From contig CBFFSA010000008.1 in assembly GCA_965644495.1 (NCBI GenBank), forward strand, positions 558,001-622,000: a DNA stretch of 64,000 nt. The letters are read 5' to 3'. Numbering within the stretch: position 1 is the stretch's first letter; each line of letters starts with the position of its first letter. The DNA comes from Perkinsela sp. CCAP 1560/9 (Eukaryota > Protista > Euglenozoa: Kinetoplastea). The position numbers and the translations under genes were made by a program. The notes beneath the pieces are model-generated. The model was given only the letters and a program-made list of their open reading frames with translations. It was not told the origin of the DNA and ran no database searches. This document shows, in pieces, positions 21,722 to 31,322 of this stretch.

Positions 21722-21932
21722 GTTGGACGCTGTCGAAACGAGTTCACGTGAGACCACGCGAGATCATACCCGCAGCCCCTCATGTGTAAACAAGCGAACA
21801 AACTTCTGCTAAGCAACATACGGTAACACGAAGAAATATTGTACAAATTTTGTATTAAGTGGGAAACTTAAAGTTCAAGGAGGAAATCATTCTAAGAATT
21901 TCCGAGAAGAATAGTGAAATTCTTTAAAAGGG

Positions 21933-22487
21933 TTAAGCAAAATCCGACAGCTTTAATTCTGTATGGTCCATGTCTGAACTTTCAGTTGACGTTTCGGAAG
22001 ATTCTTCCTCTTCCGTGGCACAAACACTCTTTGTCTCGCGATCTTTATCGTAGTTCTCAAGCTCCGAATCATGTTTCAGTAATTCAATCTCAATATCCTC
22101 ATAGCCTTTGCCTGCTATGGTCTGCAAGGGAGTAGCGTTCATTGCATTACGTGAACATACAGACCAACCAGCGTCAAGAAGAAGCCGGACGGCTTCTGCC
22201 TGGTTGTTCAAAGCAGCCCAGTGAAGTGCTGTATTGCCCCCCAATGTTTTGGCTTCGCGTTGCAAAACTTTACCATACGGTTCACTCATTAGAAATCGCA
22301 TAACATCGGTGTTACCATTTGCAGCTGCACAGTGCATCATGGTCAATCCTGAGTCATTTGAACAGTTGGGATCATTAGCAGTGCTCTCCAAAACACGTTG
22401 GATTTCTTGTATATCTCCACTTGATCCGACACGAGCGCAGGCTAAAAGATCCTGTATTTGACCTTCACAACTTGGTGTATGCGACAT
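21933..22487 (-). CDS. Ankyrin-repeat protein with acidic tail (Yar1-like architecture)
   Basis: SGLTMMHCAAANGN and GGNTALHWAALNN ankyrin repeats. Acidic C-terminus. Confidence 0.85.
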   Translation of the reverse strand: MSHTPSCEGQIQDLLACARVGSSGDIQEIQRVLESTANDPNCSNDSGLTMMHCAAANGNTDVMRFLMSEPYGKVLQREAKTLGGNTALHWAALNNQAEAVRLLLDAGWSVCSRNAMNATPLQTIAGKGYEDIEIELLKHDSELENYDKDRETKSVCATEEEESSETSTESSDMDHTELKLSDFA

Positions 22488-22869
22488 TTTAAAAAATAAG
22501 ATGAAAAAGAGCGTTAGAATTAGGCAGTAGATTCTATACTTCGATAATTTAAGCTAAGATTTAGAATTATTTTTACTTCGTCAGGCATGTACATGGATAT
22601 AGGCATGTACATGGTACGTGTATGCATAAACGCATACGTTTATAAATACTCGGGACAGATAACAAGGGGGGACACTAAAAAGAAAATGCATCTGCAAGTA
22701 AAGCATGCTTATATACAGGGGAATCATGGACGCTTCTCCCTCAGGAAATGAATTGAGGTGTGTTGATGCTAAAGGATATATTGAAATACAGTACATGGGA
22801 ATTATTTGTTGCAATAAACTCAAGCCGGAACATGCCGTCAAATTGGACACCCTTTTCTTTCAAAATTTC

Positions 22870-24033
22870 TTAGTGAAATGAAAATAATGTCCCGGTCTCT
22901 TTTCTAAGTGTAATAAACATTGAGTGCTCTGCGTCACCTCTAAGCTCAAATATATTTGGGTATCTTTGAAGGAAACGAATGAGTATATTCGTAGAAGGCC
23001 ACACAAAGAGATCAAAGTCATCAGTATCAAGCATCATTTTGACCATTTCACGGTGAGTGATATCCCCCCAGCGTTCGATATGTGTTCGCAGACGGTGGTG
23101 AAAACGCTCCTCAGCTCTCATCAAAGACGTTCGTCGAAGGTCATCAGCAGCATCGCAACTATGCAGCATGTGAGGACGAGCAATACGCAACTCATTCTTC
23201 CCTGCAAGCTCGACGAATAGGTGACGGTGTCTGTGAATGAAATCTCGAAAGCAACCCGTTGTGCGAAGCAAAGTATCAGCCACGCAAGGTGGTATCATTC
23301 CGGAGTCACGCAGCTTATTCTGAATCAGATTGCAGTTCATGCTGCCACGGTATGGATTGTACACCTCGTCATCGAGAAGTTCCACAACTTCCTTCGCAAT
23401 GCGCACCTCACGAGGATGAATCCCAACCTCATGGTAGTGATTATTGAAGGGAGCCCCGCAGCAGACCTCTAAGCAAAACACGGACGGTTGGATCGTCAGT
23501 AAATGAGAGCAACACACACAATTGGAATCCGGGCTCAAGGTACCAAGGTACAAACGCTCGGTACGATTTACAGTAAGATGACAAATCAATTGCAGCCCAT
23601 CCGGCCACGTGCTTCGTGACGGGTACACTAGTGAGAGACAACTGCTTAAATCGAGCAAATTGCGCAAGGGAATTACTTGTAAGTCATCCATAGCAGGTGC
23701 CGTCGCCGTTACCTGAGAGCCTGGTTGAAGCACGGGGCACATAAGAACTTGCAACCCATTCAACAAAACGCAAACCGTGGCTTTATTGTGAGAAAACACA
23801 CCCGGTGGTTCGGCGGAGTGCGTATAAAAAGTGGACGGTTCTCGTGTAGAGGAGCGAGAAACCTGTTCCGAAAGTTCGACAAATTTATTTGTGGTCTCCA
23901 TCCCTTCAACGGAAGTGAAATGTGTTCTCACGGGAGGATGATTTATTAGAGCATGCTGCAAATACCGATAAAATCGAAAGATTCCAACAGAAAAATCTAA
24001 AGTAATATTATCAGCATGGAGATGAATAAGCAT
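22870..24033 (-). CDS. Hypothetical protein
   Basis: 387-codon ORF in the cluster orientation. No family confidently recognised and the start may be downstream. Confidence 0.7.
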   Translation of the reverse strand: MLIHLHADNITLDFSVGIFRFYRYLQHALINHPPVRTHFTSVEGMETTNKFVELSEQVSRSSTREPSTFYTHSAEPPGVFSHNKATVCVLLNGLQVLMCPVLQPGSQVTATAPAMDDLQVIPLRNLLDLSSCLSLVYPSRSTWPDGLQLICHLTVNRTERLYLGTLSPDSNCVCCSHLLTIQPSVFCLEVCCGAPFNNHYHEVGIHPREVRIAKEVVELLDDEVYNPYRGSMNCNLIQNKLRDSGMIPPCVADTLLRTTGCFRDFIHRHRHLFVELAGKNELRIARPHMLHSCDAADDLRRTSLMRAEERFHHRLRTHIERWGDITHREMVKMMLDTDDFDLFVWPSTNILIRFLQRYPNIFELRGDAEHSMFITLRKETGTLFSFH

Positions 24034-24091
24034 ACTACAGATGAATGGTTAATTACAATGTAATTTGTTTTTTATGCTCTCTGGCAAACAT

Positions 24092-24183
24092 GGTGGTTCC
24101 TTTCAGCTTACAGAAGAAGGTACCACTGCTGTGCACTTCGCATTGAAAAGTACCTCCGCATTTACCGAAGAGTCTAAAAAAGA
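24092..24183 (-). mobile_element. Degenerate inverted copy of MITE family C
   Basis: Ends CCGCATTTACCGAAGAGTCTAAAAAAGA. The interior resembles the reverse complement of 2478-2540. Confidence 0.55.
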
Positions 24184-24277
24184 TGGCAAATATCAAGAAT
24201 AATTCATTTTTTGGGTGAAAATACTAGATTTTTTTGCAGTCGGCGAAAATACATGTCTGAAACTCGTCTACCTAAGC

Positions 24278-25275
24278 TCACAATGCCAGCGCTACGTTAT
24301 CCATCACGAAATGAGATAAAAATGCTTCAGCGAAGTTTAACAGGCGCCGTAGCGCATGCACATATTCACGGATTGATGGATTGTTCATCCAATGCTTTAA
24401 ATTGACAAATGCAATTTTTTCGCGACTTACCTGGGAATGTGCGAGAGATAGAGAGACTCCGAGTGGCCAAGGGTGATTTCCAATGGAAAGCTGAAAATAC
24501 CTTTGGTGAGCCTCCACGAAATCTTGGTTTGGATAGATGGAATATAAAATGGAATAAAAATGTCGAACGAGTTCTTCGTTCGTCCTGCCCGTTTTAAGAT
24601 TCACAAGAAGGGGAAGTAATGATTTCTGCGTTTCTAAAAGTTTTGCGCCACCTTTGAATTGAGAAGTGTATTTCGTGTGATGCCCTTTACAACCTTCAGA
24701 AGCGCCGAAAAAGTCAAGAATGTGTGACTGAATCCAGGCGGACAGAATAAAGCATATAGAATGTAAAACATATTTTTCTTTTTCTTCGGTGAGTTGGATT
24801 CCTTTTTCATCAATCGAATCTTTTGTGTTGAGGAATGACCTTTTGTCGTCCCGAGGTACAGACCTTACGAATCCATCAAGCTTTCTTTTGGAAGTCGTTA
24901 ATACCTTCTCTGCAAATTGAGACGACACAGTATCGCTTTTCACTTCGTAGAGGTCACAAAGAAAGTCTTGTAACTCTTTATCAAATACGGGGGCGTATCA
25001 AATACGGCTTTGGGCGTCCTTTCAATGTCATGATTATCTTCAGTGGCATTTCTAAATCCTACTTCCCCTGTATGCAAGTCAGACGGTGATAGACACGAGC
25101 GCACTTCCTTAATAGATCCGTCACAGATTTCATCACACAGATCAATGTTCAACGTGTTCGAGCTGGAAAGATCTTCAATTTTAGACAAAGTCGAAACTAC
25201 TTTTAGATCCGGTTGATTCGGAGACGGTTTCCGCCTCTTCAACGCGCGCGACTGTGATGATAGCTCGGACCACAT
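24278..25275 (-). pseudogene. PRP18: Pre-mRNA splicing factor Prp18, frameshifted by a 17-nt insertion at ~24980-24996
   Basis: C-terminal ORF has EAHQRYFQLSIGNHPWPLGV..SREKI..HWMNN..REYVHALRRL (Prp18 domain) but no upstream ATG. Removing 17 nt fuses it to the ATG-started ORF 25275-24940. Confidence 0.8.
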
Positions 25276-25373
25276 ATACCATATTTCTTATTTATTTGAA
25301 AATAGCTTTTGAATAATGAAAAAGAGTACAAAAAGTGGCAAAATTATCTTTAGTATTCTTCATGGTACAGGTG

Positions 25374-26105
25374 GAGATGTACTTACGGCAGTCTTTATTT
25401 ACGGATAATATTACTGTACTCCCCCCTACTTATCTGTCACTACTTTTCGCGAAAAGGTGACAGATAACTTGTATTTACGGCAGTCTTTATTTACGGATAA
25501 TATTACTGTACCCCCCCTACTTATCTGTCACTACTTTTCGCGAAAAGGTGACAGATAACTAGGGGGGTAGGGGTGTGACAGATAACTAGGGGGATCAGTG
25601 TGCGACAGATAACTAGGGAGGGGCTCTAAAAAAGGCGGTAAATCTCTTCGCTAGGAAGACGAGGTCTCTCCAATGCTGCAAAGATGAGCAAAAACGGATC
25701 AAAAACATCAAAATTCCGAGGGGGGGGCAAGATCAACTGAAACCACTGTATAGATGTTCATGGCCCCTGGCATTCAAGAACAAGTAGCTGCGGCGGCCGC
25801 AGAATCGGATACGAACTTAGGTTCCAAAAGAAATTCATTTTCTTCCGAGGAAATGGAAAGTGTTGCAGGCCGCGCGTAGTTTTCTCCGTCGCAACAACAT
25901 TGGTGTATTCTCCCGTACAATCCCGAAAATAATATCTTCAAATTTGGGCTTCCTGCAAAACTTAACGAATCAGATAAAGCTACATATAACCAAGATGAGA
26001 AAAACTTATTTACAAGTGGATTCATGTACGGATAAACTATTTAAGGATAAAATCGCCAATTTCTTATCCTTTATCCGTAAATAAATATTTCCGTAAATAT
26101 ATCTC
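25374..26105. mobile_element. TIR element (GAGATRTAYTTACGG..TTTATTTACGGATAA ends) carrying nested fragments
   Basis: ~34-bp imperfect inverted repeats at 25374-25408 and 26071-26105. No TSD found. Confidence 0.55.
25384..25620. repeat. ~86-bp tandem duplication plus GACAGATAACTAGGG boxes (left end of the family seen at 3228-3347)
   Basis: 25384-25469 is repeated at 25475-25560. TA|CTGTAC terminus at 25414 and 25506. Confidence 0.8.
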
Positions 26106-26564
26106 GGACGTAAATACAGTCCGCGTCATATTGATCCCCCCCTCAGGAAAGGTTAGTTTTTTTATCCGATTTTGCTCATCTTTGCAGCATTCGAGAGATC
26201 TCGTTCCCGTAGGAAAGTATTTTGCCGTAATAAAACGTAAGGAGGGGGGGCGCCCCCTGGAGAGAATCCCAAACTTAGGAAACAACAGAAAAAGTTAGGA
26301 AAATGACAAAAATGATGTGCGATCGCCGCGTAGCTACAAAGCTTTTTTTCTAGGAATTCGCATTTTTCATGTAACTAAAGGTATTTTTAAGGGATTCAGA
26401 CGGGGATACGTGCCGTTTCGGCCTCTTCGGGGTGCTGGAAGAAGAAGTCATGAAAAAATAAGCAATTTTTAATCTATTCAAAATTTTATTAAAAACAATG
26501 TGTTTTTACTATGTATGGAAATTATTTTCCATAATTTCGAAGTGTCTGGCTAAAGGGTAAAAAC

Positions 26565-28313
26565 CAGGGGTCCTTAAAACTTTATAAACCCCCGCTCACG
26601 AATAAGTGACCCCCCCTTATTTTTAGCACATGGGGGCGTGGGTGGGTTATCATACCACTGTTTCGTTCAAAATTTCGAGATCTGCACGTCCCCGCTGTTT
26701 TTAGCTCATTTTAAAATTTTAAAATTTAGTCAAAAAAAATAATTGGCTTTTCAACTTTTTTTTCCAAAAATGACCAAATCACCATATCGGCTTCCAAAAG
26801 GGGCGCTTACGGATAGTGGTAAGGTTCTTTTGAAGATGAGACATGCAGAAGGTGTTCCGATAAAACAATTATCCCGTGATTTTAACGTCTCTAGAAGGAT
26901 AATCAAAAAATATCTGAAAGAAAAAAAATCTAGCGGGGAATACACTTTGAGTCCTGTGGGTGGAGGTATTTGGTTATTCTACCAAATGACACATCTATTA
27001 CAAGTAAGACGTACATAGAAACATCAAAACAGGTAGATTTCCCCCCTAATAGTGTATTTCAACAGGATGGGGCAACGGCACATACTGCCCGTGCCTCCAA
27101 AGAGTATATTGAGAATCGAATGAGTGATGTTCTAAGAAACTGGCCCCCCAACTCGCCCGACCTTTCCCCCATAGAAAACGTCTGGTCTATGGTCCAAGAG
27201 GCGGTAGACGAACAAACGCCATCGGATAAGCCTTCACTTATCCGATGTGTACGTAAAGCATGGTCTTCTTTAACTCAAAAAGTGATCGACAAAACAGTAT
27301 TAAGTTTTGATTCTCGACTTAAGGAGTGTATAAGATTGAAGGGCGAAAAAGTGAAAAAATGTTAATTCTTCTCTAAATTGTGCGTATTCGTTTCTTTTTG
27401 TCTCATTTCTTCACGCGCAAAGTCCTTGCGTTGAGATCTGCAAAATGCAACAAAAATCAGCTCAAACGGACATTTGTACGAAAAAAAAGAGGGGGGTCAC
27501 TTTTCGTGAGCGGGGGTTTATATATAGTTTATAGTATTTCAAAAAAAATTATGGTACTATAAATGGCATTTATAGCACTATAAATACTTTAAAGTGTTTG
27601 AGAAACTTTATTTTTAAGGGAGGCTAAAAGGGGTTCAAGAAGCCCAAAATTGTATTGGATGTTGTAAGGGGTGATCATCTCAGGGGCCTGGCGTTCGGCT
27701 CGCAGTTCCGGGGTTGAAAACCCTTTTCTGAGATGGCAGTCTCAGGGAGACTCCATGTTGAGGGTGTCAAAAGCTTGCCGAGAACTAGTTGGTCGGCGTC
27801 TGTACCATCAGTGAGATGACAGTGTCAGGGAAGACTACGAGAAGGTCCCGACCCTGCTCCCCATGTTCAGGGTGTCAAAAGCTTAGTAAGTTGTTGATCG
27901 TACTTTCCCCAGGGACACAGCGCAGTCCCTTCGTAAGAAGCCACTTAAGGTTTGGGTCCTGCAAAGCAGCATTGCTAACCCCATGATTGATTTTCCATAG
28001 GAGGTGTCGCTCAAATTCCTGTAATTGTGGTTTCACGGTGAAGGCATCCAAAGATCCTCGTTCCACACGTTTTTGACGCTGAGTGCTTCGCATCCACTCC
28101 TCAAAATTTAGGTCATGACTTTTAGTTCAAGTGCGTGAGGACCGAGGAGTAGGAGACTCGAATCCCCTTTTAGCAAAAAAAGGGTTTCGTCGTTCCGTCG
28201 CATATTTGGCATTTCTGAGAAACAAAAAAAATAAAGTTTTATATATAGTATTTAAAAGTTTATAGTACTATAAAAGTACTATAATAAAAGTTTTAAAGTT
28301 TTAGAGACCCCTG
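26565..28313 (-). mobile_element. hAT family A deletion derivative, 8-bp TSD GTAAAAAC
   Basis: TIR CAGGGGTC(CT/TC)TAAAACTTTA, with TSD at 26557-26564 and 28314-28321. Remnant of a hAT-like N-terminal region at 27875-28093. Confidence 0.9.
26587..27518 (+). mobile_element. Tc1-type (DD35E) internally deleted transposon, TA TSD
   Basis: TIR AACCCCCGCTCACGAA(T)AAGTGACCCCCC. HTH start at 26770 and C-terminal ORF 26970-27365 (QQDGATAH..WPPNSPDLSPIENVW). Confidence 0.92.
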
Positions 28314-28509
28314 GTAAAAACAGTGGCAAAGTACTTTCCTATGGGAACGAGATCTCTCGAATGCTGCATAGATGAGCAAAATCGGATAAAAAAACTAAAA
28401 TTTCCTGAGTGGGGGATCAATGTGACGAGGACTGTATATCTCGGACGCACACATAACTGTATTGTCAAAGGTTCGAAAACATAACTGCCATTTCAAAATA
28501 GTACAACTA

Positions 28510-29250
28510 TCACTTCGCGGGTAGGTCACTAAGGTTCATAAGTATGTTGACCGCTTCCTGAAAAACTTCGTGGCTAATGCTCTCGAGCAAGCCGTCACTC
28601 AAAAGAATGTTTTGAAAATTTTCTGCTTTCGGGGGGGTTACGTGCACTTTGTCTAACTCTATCTCAATCTCGTAGATAAAAGAAGCTGAACCATCTTGTT
28701 TTATAGCTGTAGTTTCTGTAAGATCTAAGATCCACTTTTCTTTTTTGTATGAGTGGCGCACTTTTTTCCGTCTCATCATGTTCCCACAATTTTCTGGAAC
28801 AAAATTTGAAACTTCTTTCTCCTCGCAAATACTAAACCGAACATCAAACTTTGAAGTGGATGATTGTGCATCAATAATCGCTAATTTCCTTTTGTTGGTA
28901 TATCCTTTTGAACACTGAGATACGTGGTCATATGAACTTCTAATTCCATTTTCGTATACGGTGTCAGTTTGCAACGAAGTGCCAACGTGAAGCCAACAAG
29001 AAGCTATACGCTCCTTAAAATTCGTGAAAACACTTTTTGAAACCCCTGGAACAAAACGCCAACGATTCATGTCCCCATGACCTTGATACGAAATTTGCTT
29101 GCCAATCCGCAGTTCGATCTCGAGAGAAGCTTTAGAATCTATGGGGGTTTCAAAGTACCTTTTAATTGCATGGAAGATATGATTCGTTATCTTAGCATTA
29201 TCTCGCATTGGCAGCGGTCCGATTCGAGTGGGTGCTGAGTGCTCAGACAT
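28510..29250 (-). CDS. mRNA-capping RNA triphosphatase, Cet1/CYTH (triphosphate tunnel) type
   Basis: LEIELRIG motif A, RxKxRxSY, W.LDLT and YEIEIE motif C. Confidence 0.85.
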   Translation of the reverse strand: MSEHSAPTRIGPLPMRDNAKITNHIFHAIKRYFETPIDSKASLEIELRIGKQISYQGHGDMNRWRFVPGVSKSVFTNFKERIASCWLHVGTSLQTDTVYENGIRSSYDHVSQCSKGYTNKRKLAIIDAQSSTSKFDVRFSICEEKEVSNFVPENCGNMMRRKKVRHSYKKEKWILDLTETTAIKQDGSASFIYEIEIELDKVHVTPPKAENFQNILLSDGLLESISHEVFQEAVNILMNLSDLPAK

Positions 29251-29388
29251 TGTACAATAAGATTAGTAAATAAAAAAGTTTCACAGAACATAAACATCTT
29301 TGATCTTTTAATTTCACCCAGACGTAATAACATGACTATCCCGAATTTTGTCTCATGTATAAGGTAAGAAATTAGCGTGAATTATTTA

Positions 29389-30180
29389 CTACATGTATTT
29401 ATAATTGGGGTCAACCTTTATTCCCGTATGTATTGCGACTATTCCACCAGAAAGATTCGTGTACTTCACGTTAGAAAAACCGGATGAAGCTATTCTTGCA
29501 CTAAAAGCTTCCTGGCTCGGAAACATACGAATAGATTCGACCAAATATTGATAGCTATCCCAGTCGTCTGCAACTAATTTGCCCAATACGGGTATAGCTT
29601 GAAAGCTGTAGGCATCATATAGCGTGGATAACCCAGGGCACGTCACTTGGCTAAACTCCAAACAATGGAATGTTCCCCCATTCTTCAGTACACGATGTGC
29701 CTGAGCCAACGCTTTGTTGAGATCGGGTACATTTCTCATGCCAAAAGCGCATATGAAAGAGTCAAAAGAAGATTCATGAAATTGGTCCTCCAATCTTTCG
29801 GCGTTTGCTTCCCGAAACTTAAAATCAATATTGGAGCAAGGATGATACCCGCACTCCGTTGCTCTTCTCTCCGCCTCTTGAAGCATTGCCTTGTTTATGT
29901 CAGTAATGACCAACGTGCAATTTTTGGATCGCGCTCTGTGCCAACTTTTAAGAACTCGAAAAGACACATCTGCGGTACCCCCGGCTACCTCTATAATAGA
30001 GCTATTCGCGGTAGGACGAATGCACTTTTCTACAAAGTAGTTCTTCCACCATCGATGAAGAAATCCACTCATTAGATCATTCATAATATCATAGCGAGGC
30101 GCTACACCTTTAAACACCTTGTCGACTAGGGTTTGCTTAGTATCGACCGGTATTTTTCGGAATCCAAAATTCGTTGTCAT
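29389..30180 (-). CDS. COQ5: Ubiquinone biosynthesis C-methyltransferase (COQ5/UbiE)
   Basis: YDIMNDLMS..HRWWK, VAGGTAD, AFGMRNV and SYQYLVESIR.FP motifs. Confidence 0.93.
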   Translation of the reverse strand: MTTNFGFRKIPVDTKQTLVDKVFKGVAPRYDIMNDLMSGFLHRWWKNYFVEKCIRPTANSSIIEVAGGTADVSFRVLKSWHRARSKNCTLVITDINKAMLQEAERRATECGYHPCSNIDFKFREANAERLEDQFHESSFDSFICAFGMRNVPDLNKALAQAHRVLKNGGTFHCLEFSQVTCPGLSTLYDAYSFQAIPVLGKLVADDWDSYQYLVESIRMFPSQEAFSARIASSGFSNVKYTNLSGGIVAIHTGIKVDPNYKYM

Positions 30181-30398
30181 GTCCGAGGTGGTAGACTTTA
30201 GGTATCGTAGGGTTACTAAATGCTAAATGCACGGATTCCGTAAAAAAGAATAGACGGGATATACGAGTGCATGTAAAAAATAGCTCTTTGGCAATCGCAT
30301 AGAAAGCAAAGTAGAATTAGAATATATTTTATAAACACATAGTTTTCTTTAGGCAAGGATCTCCCATACAAATATCATGTTTAGTACTTTTCTATGAG

Positions 30399-31322
30399 CT
30401 ACGTTCCGTTCAAGTGGCTTTCTATTACTTCGTTCGTAGGCCACACACGCACCATGCCGTCTTCCGAGCCTGACGCGTAGGTATCACCTACCGGGGAGTA
30501 CCGTATGTGAAACACAGGACCATGATGTCCTCTGTGAGAGCGCAGTTCTGTCCCATCCAATCGGCATTCTTTTACCTTCAACCCGGTACCCATCACCACA
30601 TGCTTTCCCCCGGGCGAGAGACTCGCGCACTCCACATCCTCACCACTAGTAATTCGATGTGTCTCAGACAACGTTCGTGGATCAAGCAACGTCACCCCCT
30701 GCTTATGCGCCCCCAACACCACCGGCTGGTACATCTCCACATACTCCACCCCGTTTAGGTCCCCGATTTTTGTCTCATGAACAGATGTTTTCGGACTCCG
30801 TAGATCCCACACCCGCAGCGTCTCCTCACACGCGGTCAACACCCATTGACTCTCCACCACATACACCGCCTTAATCACGGAGCCATGTGCCCTAAACACA
30901 CACCCCGGGTCCCCTCCCCCATGCTCCGGGTCATACACCCGCACATTCCCATCAAAACACCCGGTGACTACCTTATCACGCCTCCAGTCACAGCATTTTA
31001 CATAATGCGGGTGGGTCCACGTCGTCAGACACGCCCCACTCAGCGCGTTCCACACTTTTGCGGTGTAATCCCCCGAGGCGGTGACCACCCGCCTGGCCTC
31101 GGCATCGATCGCGCTGCCGTAGACCGCCCCGCGGTGACCCACGAAGGTCCCGACCCAGTTGCCCGTCTCCCCGTTCCGTAGCATCGGCTTGCCGTCGTGG
31201 GAGGAGGTGACGAACCAGTAGGAGTCGTCACGGCGCTCACTGTAGGCGATGTGACACACGGGGCGTGTGTGGCCGGGACAGACTTTGACAGGGGGGAGGG
31301 GGGATTTGTCCGGGGGGGTCAT
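30399..31322 (-). CDS. STRAP: WD40 protein STRAP/UNRIP
   Basis: C.GHTRPV, DGKPMLRNGETGNWVGTF.GH.GAV and GHHGPV..RYSP.G.TYASGSEDG..R.W. Confidence 0.88.
   Translation of the reverse strand: MTPPDKSPLPPVKVCPGHTRPVCHIAYSERRDDSYWFVTSSHDGKPMLRNGETGNWVGTFVGHRGAVYGSAIDAEARRVVTASGDYTAKVWNALSGACLTTWTHPHYVKCCDWRRDKVVTGCFDGNVRVYDPEHGGGDPGCVFRAHGSVIKAVYVVESQWVLTACEETLRVWDLRSPKTSVHETKIGDLNGVEYVEMYQPVVLGAHKQGVTLLDPRTLSETHRITSGEDVECASLSPGGKHVVMGTGLKVKECRLDGTELRSHRGHHGPVFHIRYSPVGDTYASGSEDGMVRVWPTNEVIESHLNGT

Larger units (their letters stand above)
26117..28434. mobile_element. Non-autonomous Tc1/mariner-type element with ~110-bp TIRs, TA TSD; outer layer of a triple nest
   Basis: TA|CAGTCCGCGTCATATTGATCCCCC ... 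GGGGGATCAATGTGACGAGGACTG|TA. A related orphan right end lies at 25634-25748. Confidence 0.85.

Noticed and set aside
25384-25620. CRISPR-like array of repeated boxes
   Set aside because: Irregular spacing, mixed orientation, eukaryotic context and no cas genes. Explained as TE subterminal repeats.
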